From the NCBI GenBank assembly GCA_035533875.1, contig DATLSZ010000029.1:31636-95635 (forward strand): a stretch of 64,000 bases of DNA. Reading direction: 5' to 3'. Under the pieces are notes generated by a model. That model had not been told where the DNA came from. It saw nothing but the letters and a program-made list of their open reading frames with translations, and made no database searches. The position numbers and the translations under genes are program-made. Every line of letters starts with the position of its first letter. Position 1 is the stretch's first letter. This document shows, piece after piece, positions 1 to 8,917 of this stretch. This stretch comes from Candidatus Acidiferrales bacterium. Its GTDB lineage: Bacteria; Patescibacteriota; Microgenomatia; Levybacterales; UBA12049.

Positions 1-834
1 CCGGTGTATTCCCAAAAGGATCCGACACAGCTTCCCTGGGGACAGCTCAATGTTGATGTCGTTATCGAATCAACAGGACATTTTACCGATGCCGAGAAGA
101 TAAAACAGCACATCACGGCGGGAGCAAAAGCTGCAGTTCTCTCTGCTCCGGCAAAAGGCGACGGAGTGTCGACATATGTTATTTCAGTCAACGATAATAA
201 TTATAATGGTGAAAATATCATCAGCAATGCTTCCTGTACGACCAATTGTATAACCCCGCCGGCAAAAGTCATCAGCGATCATTTCGGCATTGAGAAAGCA
301 ATGATGACTACCATTCATGGTTACACTTCCGATCAAAGGCTTCATGACGGGGGACACAAAGATTACCGACGTGCCCGCGCAGCTGGACTCAATATCATTC
401 CGACTTCAACGGGTGCGACTATTGCTGCTGGTCTTGCGCTGCCGGCATTGAAAGGAATTTTTGCTGGACTTTCTATACGAGTTCCTGTTCCGGTTGGATC
501 TCTCTCCGATTTTACTTTTTTGCTCAAGAAGGAAGTTACCAAAGATGAAGTCAACCAGACGTTCCGTCAGGAAGCGGAAAATCCTGTTTTTAAAGGGATA
601 CTCGCAGTAACCGATGAACCACTTGTCTCAAGTGACATTATTGGTAATTCTCATTCCAGTATTGTTGATCTGTCACTGACGCAGGTTGTGGGCGGTAATA
701 TGCTCAAAGTGATCGCGTGGTATGATAACGAATATGGCTATGCAAATAGGCTGGTGGAAGAAACGATCATGGTCGGAAAGAGGACTGCTCCGGCTCCGAC
801 AACGACACCCCCACCAACCCCGCAACAAGGTTAA
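1..834 (+). CDS. gap: Type I glyceraldehyde-3-phosphate dehydrogenase (5'-truncated by window edge)
   Basis: Catalytic SNASCTTNC, IIPTSTGA, RVPVPVGS and WYDNEYGY motifs; frame is open from position 1. Confidence 0.97.
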   Translation, partial: PVYSQKDPTQLPWGQLNVDVVIESTGHFTDAEKIKQHITAGAKAAVLSAPAKGDGVSTYVISVNDNNYNGENIISNASCTTNCITPPAKVISDHFGIEKAMMTTIHGYTSDQRLHDGGHKDYRRARAAGLNIIPTSTGATIAAGLALPALKGIFAGLSIRVPVPVGSLSDFTFLLKKEVTKDEVNQTFRQEAENPVFKGILAVTDEPLVSSDIIGNSHSSIVDLSLTQVVGGNMLKVIAWYDNEYGYANRLVEETIMVGKRTAPAPTTTPPPTPQQG

Positions 835-867
835 CGTTCAAAGTGATATTGAACGGCGAATTTATTT

Positions 868-1443
868 ATGGATAGGCCTGTAGAAATTTCCGGTGTTCGT
901 AATATTACCATTTCAGGCAGAATTGCTAGCGGAGCAACAACGCTTGCGCAACATCTGTCTTCTCATTTAGGATGGGAAATTCTTGACGGCGGTAAGTTAT
1001 TCCGCGCATTTACTCATGATCATGGATATGCTGATGAGCGTTCCGATCAATTTGATCTTGATTATGAAGAGAAGATTAAAAAAATTCTCAGGAATGAAGA
1101 GCATCACATTATCCAAAGCCATTTAGCAGGATTTGATGCACAAGGTATAGAAGGTGTCTTCAAAATTTTAGTCATCTGTGATGATGTGAATGGTGAAGAT
1201 AAAGCAGATATCCGTATTGACCGTTTGGCCAACCGTGATGCTTTTCCAGTCGAACAAGCCAAACAGGAAGTCATTGCAAGAGAAGAGCAGAATTTAAAAA
1301 AATGGCGTAGGCTTTATGCAGACGATAATCCGGAGTGGGTTTATTGGGATGAAAAATATTATGATCTTGTAGTGAATACGTTCACCCACAATCAGGAGGA
1401 AAGTATGAAGTTAGTTCTGGAAAAATTGGAGTTACATAAATAA
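868..1443 (+). CDS. Cytidylate kinase-like nucleoside monophosphate kinase
   Basis: N-terminal ITISGRIASGATT P-loop; C-terminal YDLVVNT resembles archaeal-type CMP kinases. Confidence 0.7.
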   Translation: MDRPVEISGVRNITISGRIASGATTLAQHLSSHLGWEILDGGKLFRAFTHDHGYADERSDQFDLDYEEKIKKILRNEEHHIIQSHLAGFDAQGIEGVFKILVICDDVNGEDKADIRIDRLANRDAFPVEQAKQEVIAREEQNLKKWRRLYADDNPEWVYWDEKYYDLVVNTFTHNQEESMKLVLEKLELHK

Positions 1444-1468
1444 TAGTTTTTCGTCTATAGTAGTGCTT

Positions 1469-2032
1469 ATGAATATAAAACAATTTGTATTATCGGCAAC
1501 AGTCCTTTTTATCGCAATCCAAATTACGTTAGTCACCGCATATGCGCAAGTCGTCACATCTTCATCATCATTATCTGATGCAAGTGCATCAGGTGCAGCA
1601 GATTATCAGCTTGCATATCCAGGTCTACTGCCGGATAATCCGTTTTATTTTTTGAAGGTCATACGGGATAATCTGGCAGCGTTTTTTATCAGTAAGCCGA
1701 TTGATAAAGCCAGTTTTGATTTACTGCAGGCGGATAAAGACGTGGAAGCGAGTTATTTACTGGTAACCAGCGAGCAAGGGAAAGGAGATTTGGCATTCAA
1801 GACCTTTTCCCAGTCACAGGATTATTTCGCGGACGCCATAAGCCAAACGGCAAATGCCAAAAAACAAGGTTATAGTATTACAGATATTAGTAGAAAACTT
1901 CAGATAGCAAGCAAAAAGCATGAACAAATATTGCAAGCAGTGGCACGGGAGACGCACCAGGAGAACACAACAGTCTATAAAAGTGAGCTTAGCAGGTCGG
2001 AAGAGTTGTCCAAAATGGCGTGGGCATTATAG
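1469..2032 (+). CDS. Secreted/membrane-anchored DUF5667-like protein
   Basis: Signal-like N-terminus and the YPGLLPDNPFYFLK motif; ATG 1469 preferred over GTG 1463. Confidence 0.65.
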   Translation: MNIKQFVLSATVLFIAIQITLVTAYAQVVTSSSSLSDASASGAADYQLAYPGLLPDNPFYFLKVIRDNLAAFFISKPIDKASFDLLQADKDVEASYLLVTSEQGKGDLAFKTFSQSQDYFADAISQTANAKKQGYSITDISRKLQIASKKHEQILQAVARETHQENTTVYKSELSRSEELSKMAWAL

Positions 2033-2159
2033 CAGTAAATCTCAATAACTCTGCTATTTTGAATCATTTTTTGTAACAATTTTTTCCCAGTGTAAGAAAA
2101 TATAAATAGAAAATTATTCAATCGAAGCTGGCGACATATTTTGATATAATTAGCGTTAG

Positions 2160-2188
2160 TTGACACTATAGATGTAGTGGCATATGAT
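2160..2188 (+). promoter_or_regulatory. Sigma70 promoter of nrdR-nrdJ with an NrdR-box-like palindrome in the spacer
   Basis: TTGACA (2160-2165), 17 bp spacer, TATGAT (2183-2188); imperfect palindrome CACTATAGATGTAGTG (2164-2179) resembles the NrdR box. Confidence 0.7.
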
Positions 2189-2208
2189 TTTTATGGCACT
2201 AAATAACA

Positions 2209-2315
2209 AGCGTCTAGAAGTTAGCGTCTAGCGTCTAGTTTGCTCTTCATTATAGAGAGAGAAGAATAAACTAAATGGTTTAACTAAACGCTAGGAGCTA
2301 AACGCTAAACGCTAG
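2209..2315. repeat. Heptamer-periodic inverted-repeat element in the nrdR leader
   Basis: (tagcgtc)n at 2209-2238 is complementary to (ctaaacg)n at 2283-2315; a related array follows nrdJ (5924-5954). Confidence 0.7.
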
Positions 2316-2318
2316 TAT

Positions 2319-2783
2319 ATGCATTGTCCGTACTGTGGAAGTAAAGAATCAGAAGTAGTCGAAACACGTGAGAGCTCCGATATGGATACAATTAGAAGAA
2401 GGAGAGCGTGTCTGGTCTGCACCAAACGGTTTACGACATATGAACGGGTCGAGCATGTCCAGCTGATCGTTATCAAAAAGGATGGCAAGCGGGAACAGTT
2501 TGCTCTTGAGAAACTTAAGAGCGGTATTCTCAAAGCATGTGAGAAGACAACTGTTCCGGCAGATACTATAGAGAAGATGGTGCATGAGATCGCACGGGAG
2601 CTGCGTACCATGGGGTCGCTTGAAGTGAAAAGCGAATTGATTGGCGATATGGTAGCCAAGCGTCTGAAGAAACTTGATAAAGTTGCCTATATCCGCTTTG
2701 CCAGTGTCTTCAAAAGGTTTGTCGATGTAGAAGATTTTGAGAAAGAAGTAAAACAATTAATAGTAAATAAGCAGACATTATGA
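2319..2783 (+). CDS. nrdR: Transcriptional repressor NrdR
   Basis: CPYC...RRRRACLVC..RFTTYE zinc ribbon, ATP-cone VIKKDGKRE, and VAYIRFASVF. Confidence 0.98.
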   Translation: MHCPYCGSKESEVVETRESSDMDTIRRRRACLVCTKRFTTYERVEHVQLIVIKKDGKREQFALEKLKSGILKACEKTTVPADTIEKMVHEIARELRTMGSLEVKSELIGDMVAKRLKKLDKVAYIRFASVFKRFVDVEDFEKEVKQLIVNKQTL

Positions 2784-3190
2784 AGTTACACACAGAAATA
2801 ATTACTTTATGCGATTATGCACTGATATCGCGAGAAGGGAAATTAAGTATCAACGGAATTTTTGATGAGCTCCGGGTGCAGAAATTTCCCGGCGGCATCG
2901 CACGAGCTTTTTTTGTCGCGACACTGAGGGGGAAAGCGGATACATCATATAAATTGACGATCAAGACGGAGAACGGCAGTAAGGCGCTTAATACACTCAA
3001 TCTTGAAGTGCATACAAGTATGAACGGGAAGAACAATATTATTTTGGAGTTGGTGAATTTGGGGTTTGAGAAAGAGGGAGAGTACAAGTTTGTTATTTAT
3101 GATGGAAAAGATGAAGTCGGCTCGACACAGTTAAAAGTGATGGCAGCCGAACAGCCGAGTGAGGGAGTAAAATACAAGTTACCGAATTAA
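2780..3190 (+). CDS. Hypothetical beta-rich protein (DUF6941-like)
   Basis: LCDYA...GKLSINGIFD and F..EGEY motifs; overlaps the nrdR stop (ATGA). Confidence 0.6.
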   Translation: MKLHTEIITLCDYALISREGKLSINGIFDELRVQKFPGGIARAFFVATLRGKADTSYKLTIKTENGSKALNTLNLEVHTSMNGKNNIILELVNLGFEKEGEYKFVIYDGKDEVGSTQLKVMAAEQPSEGVKYKLPN

Positions 3191-3195
3191 TAAAT

Positions 3196-3480
3196 ATGAA
3201 TAATATTGGCGGAACTACTATAATATATGATGCAAAAATGCATTTGTCGAATGAAGGAACTTCAGGAACTTTGTCACCTACGCATAAAGTGTTAGGGAGT
3301 ATTTCTTCTATGGGTAGTCAGTTGGGTACAGTTGCTGGTACAGCGACAGTTAATTTGCAAACTAAAGAAATATATGGAAAAAGAGAATTTCATGTCGAGG
3401 GAAACGCAAATCCTATGTTTGGAAACTTAGGATTTAGGTTTACTTATAAACAAGAACAAGGAACACTAATAAAAGGATAA
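3196..3480 (+). CDS. Hypothetical protein
   Basis: 94-aa ORF filling the gap before nrdJ with 5-nt spacers; AT-rich; no recognised motif. Confidence 0.55.
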   Translation: MNNIGGTTIIYDAKMHLSNEGTSGTLSPTHKVLGSISSMGSQLGTVAGTATVNLQTKEIYGKREFHVEGNANPMFGNLGFRFTYKQEQGTLIKG

Positions 3481-3485
3481 ATATT

Positions 3486-5921
3486 ATGAAAATTGATGGC
3501 GTAAGAGAAAAAGTATTTTTAGACAGATATGCACTCAAAGGTGCAGAAGGCGAGCTCTTGGAGAACACTCCGCAGGAGATGTGGCAGCGTGTCGCCAGTG
3601 GCATTGCCAAACAAGAGAAAAAAGTCAAACAAGCCAAGTGGGAAAAAGAATTCTACCGTGTCCTTGAAGACTTCAAATTTGTTCCTGGCGGACGTATCCT
3701 TTCCGGTGCCGGCACCGGCTATCAGGTGACATACTTTAATTGTTTTGTCATCCCAAATCCCAAAGATTCCCGGCATGGTATCCTTGAATCACTCGGGCAG
3801 CTGATCGAGATACAGTCTCGATCCGGCGGTGTGGGGTTGAACCTTTCATCCCTGCGACCTCGCGGAGCCCGGGTCAAGAAAGTTAACGGTACCTCATCAG
3901 GTCCGGTGAATTGGGCAACACTCTTCTCAGTCGCGACACATGATATCGTCCAGCAAGGTGGATCCAGACGCGGCGCGACGATGCTGATGCTGCATGATTG
4001 GCATCCTGATGTTGAGGAATTTATTACCGTCAAACAGGATCTGACCAAGATCAATGGTGCTAATTTATCGGTCTGTGTCTCAGATGGGTTCATGGAAGCG
4101 GTCAAAGCAGATAAAGATTGGGATTTGGTCTATCCTGAGCTGAGTGATCCGCATTATGATGCGGAGTGGGATGGCGATATCAACGAATGGAGAGAAAAAG
4201 GATACAAAATCAAAGTTTACAAAACAGTCAAAGCAAAAGACCTGTGGGAGCTCATCTGCACCGCTGCATGGCGCTCTGCCGAACCGGGTTTACACTTTTT
4301 GGAACGCAGCAACAAGAGAAGCAACACCTGGTATTTTGAGAAATTGCTTGCCACCAATCCATGCGGCGAGCAGCCGCTTGGCGGATGGGCTGTGTGTAAT
4401 TTGGGCGCGATGAATCTGGCTGCCTATGTCAAAGATGCGGACCTCAAGAATGACAAAGCAGGCTGGTTTGATTATGAGGCGTTCGGAAAAGATGTCCAAG
4501 TCGCGATGCGATTCCTGGATAACGTGATCGATGACACGTATTACTTCTTTAAAGAAAATGAGAAAGTTGCCAAAGATATCCGCCGGACAGGGCTGGGCAT
4601 CATGGGAATTGCCGATACCTTTATCCAGATGAAGATCCGATATGGATCGGAAGAGTCGGAGAAAGTATCCAAAAAGATTTTTAAAGCCCTCCGCGACAAT
4701 GCGTATATCGCGTCTTCCGATCTGGCAAAAGAAAAAGGTGCATTCCCGAAGTTCGATCGCGATAAATATCTGAAAGGCTATCATATCAAAGCCCTGCCGC
4801 CTGAAATCCGCAAGAAGATCGCTGATCAGGGGATCAGAAATGCTGTTCTTTTAACGATCGCGCCGACCGGTACCACCAGTCTTTTGGCAGGTGTTTCAAG
4901 TGGCGTTGAGCCGGTGTATGAATTTGAATATTCTCACAATGGGCGGCTTGGCAAACAAATGGTTTACCACGGTCTTTATGGTGAATGGAAAGAAGCACAT
5001 CCTGATGAAGAACGTCCCGATTACTTTGTCGGCGCCAATGATCTGACACCTGATGATCATGTAAAGATTCAGGCGATCGCGCAGGAATATATTGATTCCT
5101 CGATCTCAAAGACCGTCAATGCGCCCAACTCCCACACGGTTGAAGACGTCAAAAATCTCTATATGTCTGCATATGATAACGGACTCAAAGGGGTGACATA
5201 CTTCCGTGACGGATCACGGATGGGCGTACTGCAGCGTGAGGAAAAAAAGGAAGAGAAAGTGCAGGAACAAGTGCCTACCGTCATCGAAAAACCGGTTGTT
5301 CCGATAACACCTCGTATCGCACGTCCGATGGTACTTACCGGGGTGACCTACAAAGCAGAAAGTCCGACAGGAAAAGTGTATGTCACGATTAATAATGATG
5401 AAAAGGGTGATATGTTTGAGGTTTTTATCAATCATGGAAAGAGCGGATCTGATCTTATGGCACTTGCGGACGCGCTCGGCCGGATGGTTTCATTTGTCCT
5501 TCGAATCCACAGTCCGGTTCCTGCCCGGGAGCGGGTCCGCGAAATCGTGTCAGAACTCGCGGGTATCGGCGGCAGCCGCAGCAGCGGTTTTGGGGAGAAC
5601 AGAGTCCGGTCACTGCCTGATGCTATTTCAAAAGTCCTTGCCAGGCATTGCGAATTCCGCGTTAACGGTAAAGTCGAAGACAGCGTGCAATTTTTGCAGC
5701 GGATGAGCAACGGACATGGCAATAACCATGCACAGATCGCACAGTCAATTGAGGAGCCACATGAAGAGGTTGTCTCCAGCCAATTGGCACTGCCGCAAAC
5801 CGGTGTGCACAGCGGCGCCTCAACATCACTCTTTGATATCTGTCCTGAGTGTGGATCGGGGAGCTTTGCGTACGAAGAAGGCTGCAAAAAATGCTATGCA
5901 TGCGGATACTCTGAGTGTTAA
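3486..5921 (+). CDS. nrdJ: Adenosylcobalamin-dependent (class II) ribonucleotide reductase with C-terminal TSCPD-like domain and Zn ribbon
   Basis: PGGRIL, NCFV, GGSRRGA, TNPCGEQPL, TIAPTGT, SISKTVN and KGVTYFRDGSR motifs; C-terminal CPECG...GCKKCYACGYSEC; no N-terminal ATP cone. Confidence 0.97.
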   Translation: MKIDGVREKVFLDRYALKGAEGELLENTPQEMWQRVASGIAKQEKKVKQAKWEKEFYRVLEDFKFVPGGRILSGAGTGYQVTYFNCFVIPNPKDSRHGILESLGQLIEIQSRSGGVGLNLSSLRPRGARVKKVNGTSSGPVNWATLFSVATHDIVQQGGSRRGATMLMLHDWHPDVEEFITVKQDLTKINGANLSVCVSDGFMEAVKADKDWDLVYPELSDPHYDAEWDGDINEWREKGYKIKVYKTVKAKDLWELICTAAWRSAEPGLHFLERSNKRSNTWYFEKLLATNPCGEQPLGGWAVCNLGAMNLAAYVKDADLKNDKAGWFDYEAFGKDVQVAMRFLDNVIDDTYYFFKENEKVAKDIRRTGLGIMGIADTFIQMKIRYGSEESEKVSKKIFKALRDNAYIASSDLAKEKGAFPKFDRDKYLKGYHIKALPPEIRKKIADQGIRNAVLLTIAPTGTTSLLAGVSSGVEPVYEFEYSHNGRLGKQMVYHGLYGEWKEAHPDEERPDYFVGANDLTPDDHVKIQAIAQEYIDSSISKTVNAPNSHTVEDVKNLYMSAYDNGLKGVTYFRDGSRMGVLQREEKKEEKVQEQVPTVIEKPVVPITPRIARPMVLTGVTYKAESPTGKVYVTINNDEKGDMFEVFINHGKSGSDLMALADALGRMVSFVLRIHSPVPARERVREIVSELAGIGGSRSSGFGENRVRSLPDAISKVLARHCEFRVNGKVEDSVQFLQRMSNGHGNNHAQIAQSIEEPHEEVVSSQLALPQTGVHSGASTSLFDICPECGSGSFAYEEGCKKCYACGYSEC

Positions 5922-5923
5922 TT

Positions 5924-5954
5924 GAGCGTCTAGCTGCTAGCGTTTAGCGTCTAG
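5924..5954. repeat. Heptamer tandem repeat (tagcgty)
   Basis: gagcgtctagctgctagcgtttagcgtctag, the same unit as in the nrdR leader. Confidence 0.6.
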
Positions 5955-5960
5955 TTTTAC

Positions 5961-6050
5961 AATTTAAGAGGAAATCACGGTGGAAATCCGTGGCTGTGCC
6001 GCAACTGTTCCCGCAAGGGATCCCCGAGAGGGGAAAAGCCAGAAAACGTT
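5961..6050 (+). ncRNA. Cobalamin riboswitch (upstream of pduO)
   Basis: gGAA-tcacgg-tggaaat-ccgtg-g-ctgtgCCGCAACTGT...AGCCAGa matches the cobalamin core and B12 box; context is nrdJ plus an adenosyltransferase. Confidence 0.88.
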
Positions 6051-6076
6051 TTATCCCGAGCAGGAAATTATGACAT

Positions 6077-6105
6077 AATCCTTCTGTTCGTGGAAGGATT
6101 TTTTT
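6077..6105 (+). terminator. Intrinsic terminator / expression platform of riboswitch 1
   Basis: aatccttc-8 nt loop-gaaggatt followed by a T-run directly before ATG 6106. Confidence 0.75.
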
Positions 6106-6654
6106 ATGCCGATTTATACAAGAACTGGAGACAAAGGAAAAACCTCGCTTTTTGACGGCACTCGCGTTCTGAAATCTCATAAGCGAGTTGAAACATATGG
6201 TACCATTGATGAGCTCAACAGTACCATTGGGGTTGCCGTTGCTGAGATTAAGGATTTAGGATTAAAGATTAAAGATTTGCCAGAAGAGTTAGAGAACATA
6301 CAGCATGATTTGTTCGCAATTGGTTCGGCACTGGCGATGCCGCATCCGATTCCTGTTGCAGGCCTGGAGAAGCGTGCGAAAGAGTTTGAAAAACTTATTG
6401 ATAGTCTCACGGGAGAAATGCCTGAATTAAAACAATTTATCCTCCCCGGCGGTGGAAAAGCAGGATCCCTTCTACATGTCTGCAGGACAATTACCCGCAG
6501 AGCCGAGAGGCAATTGGTTGCTCTTATTCAGAAAGAAGAAGTTGATGAGTCAATTGTTGTGTACCTTAATAGGCTATCGGATTTGTTCTTCACGATGGCG
6601 AGATATGTTAATCAAATTGAAAAGAGAAAAGAAATTATTTGGAAAAAGAAATAA
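6106..6654 (+). CDS. pduO: Cob(I)alamin adenosyltransferase, PduO-type
   Basis: IYTRTGDKGKT, YGTIDELNS, FILPGG, RTITRRAER and YLNRLSDLFF motifs. Confidence 0.96.
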   Translation: MPIYTRTGDKGKTSLFDGTRVLKSHKRVETYGTIDELNSTIGVAVAEIKDLGLKIKDLPEELENIQHDLFAIGSALAMPHPIPVAGLEKRAKEFEKLIDSLTGEMPELKQFILPGGGKAGSLLHVCRTITRRAERQLVALIQKEEVDESIVVYLNRLSDLFFTMARYVNQIEKRKEIIWKKK

Positions 6655-6720
6655 GATTTAAGATTAATGATTGAAGATTAAAGAATATTCTTAAATCCTA
6701 AATCTTATATCTTTAATCTA
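6652..6720. repeat. Heptamer-periodic inverted-repeat element
   Basis: (gattwar)n followed by complementary (ytwaatc)n-like units; the same unit lies in-frame in pduO (6244-6278) and at 45624-45648. Confidence 0.65.
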
Positions 6721-6797
6721 ATTTGGGTGAATCTCGTGTAAATCGAGAGCTGTGCCGCAACTGTGAACTCCTCTAATGGAGTGAGCCAGATCCCCAC
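6721..6797 (+). ncRNA. Cobalamin riboswitch (second, compact)
   Basis: tggg-tGAA-tctcg-tgtaaat-cgaga-g-ctgtgCCGCAACTGT-ga-actcc/ggagt-gAGCCAGa-tcccca; shares the identical 16-mer gctgtgccgcaactgt with riboswitch 1. Confidence 0.88.
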
Positions 6798-6849
6798 ATC
6801 CCGTTTGACGGGATAAAAAATCTTCCGAGCAGAAGTCCTTTTTTTGTGG

Positions 6850-6899
6850 ACTCCTCGGATGGCCCTACGGCAAGCTCAGGGCAAGCGAGGAGTTTTTTT
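6850..6899 (+). terminator. Intrinsic terminator of riboswitch 2 with a REP-like sequence in its loop
   Basis: actcctcg (6850-6857) pairs with cgaggagt (6886-6893) and is followed by a T-run; the loop contains ccctacggcaagctcagggcaag. Confidence 0.7.
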
Positions 6900-8273
6900 A
6901 TGGCAGGAAAAGAAGGGTATACGCAACCTTTTACTGTAAACAATCTAAAACAGTTTATTCCTTCTCTGTATATTTCTCCTGAGAGTAGGATACCTTATGT
7001 GTGGGATGCGAGAGAGATAGAGAGACGAGGTTTTTCTGGAGGTTTGCTTGATCAGCATATCAGGCATTTTGATAGAAATTGGAAGGTCGAAGGACTACCA
7101 CCTGATTGGTTTCGGTTACAAAGTAAGACTGGCAGGCATATAGGATTTAGTATGAATTCTCAAATGGATCTTTTAGGTAATGTAACAAATTCAGAAGTAG
7201 CAACATGGATTCCAAAAACCGTACAGGATTTGCGCGGTTTTAAGCTGGAATATCTGACAGATCATATCGTATATCCCTGTAAGTATGAACGAAGCAGCAG
7301 TGATCCTACACGACTTGAAAATAGGCATTATGGGTACACCGATATCATTGATACGGTTTCAGCAGATGAGCGTGGTGGTTCGGTACGACGGAGTTTGCAA
7401 GAAATGAAAGCGTTTTTTTTGGACGATGATACTCCAGATGGCTCCATTGCTGTTATGGTAAGTCCGAGAGGAGAGACAGGGTTGAGAACCGACGATGGCA
7501 AACTCATACAGTACCCCGACTCTTATTTTTTCTTTATGGTTAAAGAGGGGGATACCGTTCATAATTTTACTTTGAAAACTGATTTTAGTATTGCTGAATG
7601 TCGAGACGTTATCGCGCGATTAACAGGTGTTACGCTGCCTGTTGATGCTCCACTTGAACAATATGTCCGGACAATTGCAAAAATTAAGCCCGGAGGTCAC
7701 GATGCAACTCCTGATGTAACGGAAATTGTTGGCGTCCTTGAACAGGTTCGACCGGAATATGCTTTTACATCTGAAGGCAGAAATGAAAAAATAACGTGGC
7801 GTGATGTCTATCAAGACATCCGTCAAAGAGATCAACTGTACGAGTTTAGTGAAAAAACAAACATGATTATTAATGAATTTGAAGCATATTGTCTTCAGGG
7901 CAATCATACAAAGTTGGAGTATCAAAAAGCCCTTGCGGCAACAATCCTACGAATGTCAAAGGTATTTTTTCTCGAAGAAAACTATCCGGAAGGGGCGGTT
8001 CCTTTAGTATCCAATCAATGGTCAACGGTGAGACCTCCGTTGGCTACGTATGGTGACGTTCTTACAGCTACAACAAAGCGTCCCGGCTGTTCGGGAGGAG
8101 GTTCCGGTGAATCTCTCTTTGTTAAGTCTCCTGACGGGGTAAGACGTGGTGAAACTGATTGGTTTACTTGTCCGAAGTGTCACTATAAAGCGGATGGTCC
8201 GATAGGCGATACGTGTCCAAAATGTAAAATAACAAAACAAGAATATGCCGAATCAGGAGGTAAGGCATGTTAA
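6900..8273 (+). CDS. Hypothetical protein with C-terminal GCSGGG and CxxC...CxxC Zn ribbon
   Basis: Long ORF; ATG 6900 preferred because the GTG-6846 extension lies within the terminator; ends CPKCHY...CPKCK. Confidence 0.8.
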   Translation: MAGKEGYTQPFTVNNLKQFIPSLYISPESRIPYVWDAREIERRGFSGGLLDQHIRHFDRNWKVEGLPPDWFRLQSKTGRHIGFSMNSQMDLLGNVTNSEVATWIPKTVQDLRGFKLEYLTDHIVYPCKYERSSSDPTRLENRHYGYTDIIDTVSADERGGSVRRSLQEMKAFFLDDDTPDGSIAVMVSPRGETGLRTDDGKLIQYPDSYFFFMVKEGDTVHNFTLKTDFSIAECRDVIARLTGVTLPVDAPLEQYVRTIAKIKPGGHDATPDVTEIVGVLEQVRPEYAFTSEGRNEKITWRDVYQDIRQRDQLYEFSEKTNMIINEFEAYCLQGNHTKLEYQKALAATILRMSKVFFLEENYPEGAVPLVSNQWSTVRPPLATYGDVLTATTKRPGCSGGGSGESLFVKSPDGVRRGETDWFTCPKCHYKADGPIGDTCPKCKITKQEYAESGGKAC

Positions 8274-8280
8274 TAACGTC

Positions 8281-8430
8281 ATGAAGAATACCAATGATTG
8301 TGATATCTGTTACAAAATTATTTGCCGGCAGTGCGGGTGGGAAGCTGATGACGGTGCTGTGTTACAGATACAAAAAGGAGAGATGACTGCTTGCCCTCTA
8401 TGTGGTTGGCAACCCGGAGAAGATAGGTAA
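8281..8430 (+). CDS. Small Cys-rich Zn-finger protein
   Basis: CDIC, CRQC and CPLC in about 49 aa; ATG 8281 lies 7 nt after the previous stop. Confidence 0.55.
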   Translation: MKNTNDCDICYKIICRQCGWEADDGAVLQIQKGEMTACPLCGWQPGEDR

Positions 8431-8526
8431 TAAAGAGAAGATCAAAAGCTGCATCAAAACTATAAGTTTATTTAATAATTAAAGGACATATTCTTCTCGT
8501 CTTAAAAAGACCTACTATAACCGCAT

Positions 8527-8555
8527 TTGACATCCCATAATATTTATACTATAAT
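8527..8555 (+). promoter_or_regulatory. Consensus sigma70 promoter
   Basis: TTGACA, 17 bp, TATAAT; 9 nt upstream of ATG 8565. Confidence 0.8.
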
Positions 8556-8564
8556 ACCTTCATT

Positions 8565-8906
8565 ATGTCAGCAGAATGGCGAGTTACTCGTCCAGAAAAT
8601 GTAGACCCTAGAATCAAAGAAGCAAGGGTAGAAGCGCAACTTAATGAATTTGCGTCTAATAGGCGTGCTTTAGCAACAAGTAGAGGTTTGAAGGCTTGGG
8701 GTTTTGGTACAGCACTTGCTGGAGGAGCAGTTGTTTTAGCTGCTACTGCATTACTACCTTTCGTCCCGGCCGCCGCAGTTACCTATGTTGCTGCATCCGC
8801 AGCAGTAGGTAGTTTTGCATGGCCATTGGGTCTTTTGGTCATGGGCTTTGGTAAAGCAAAAGAATCTGTTAACGGTTTCACAAGAAACAAGCTAGCTAAA
8901 GCCTAA
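8565..8906 (+). CDS. Hypothetical membrane protein (Ala/Gly-rich, about 2 TM)
   Basis: Hydrophobic Ala-rich segments; directly downstream of the promoter. Confidence 0.65.
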   Translation: MSAEWRVTRPENVDPRIKEARVEAQLNEFASNRRALATSRGLKAWGFGTALAGGAVVLAATALLPFVPAAAVTYVAASAAVGSFAWPLGLLVMGFGKAKESVNGFTRNKLAKA

Positions 8907-8917
8907 ACTTTACCACT

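Noticed and set aside
781-834. Pro/Thr-rich tail on GAPDH
   Set aside because: A short low-complexity extension with no evidence of function.
3486-5921. Intein or intron in nrdJ
   Set aside because: Motif spacing is normal; the extra length is the C-terminal TSCPD-like/Zn-ribbon region.
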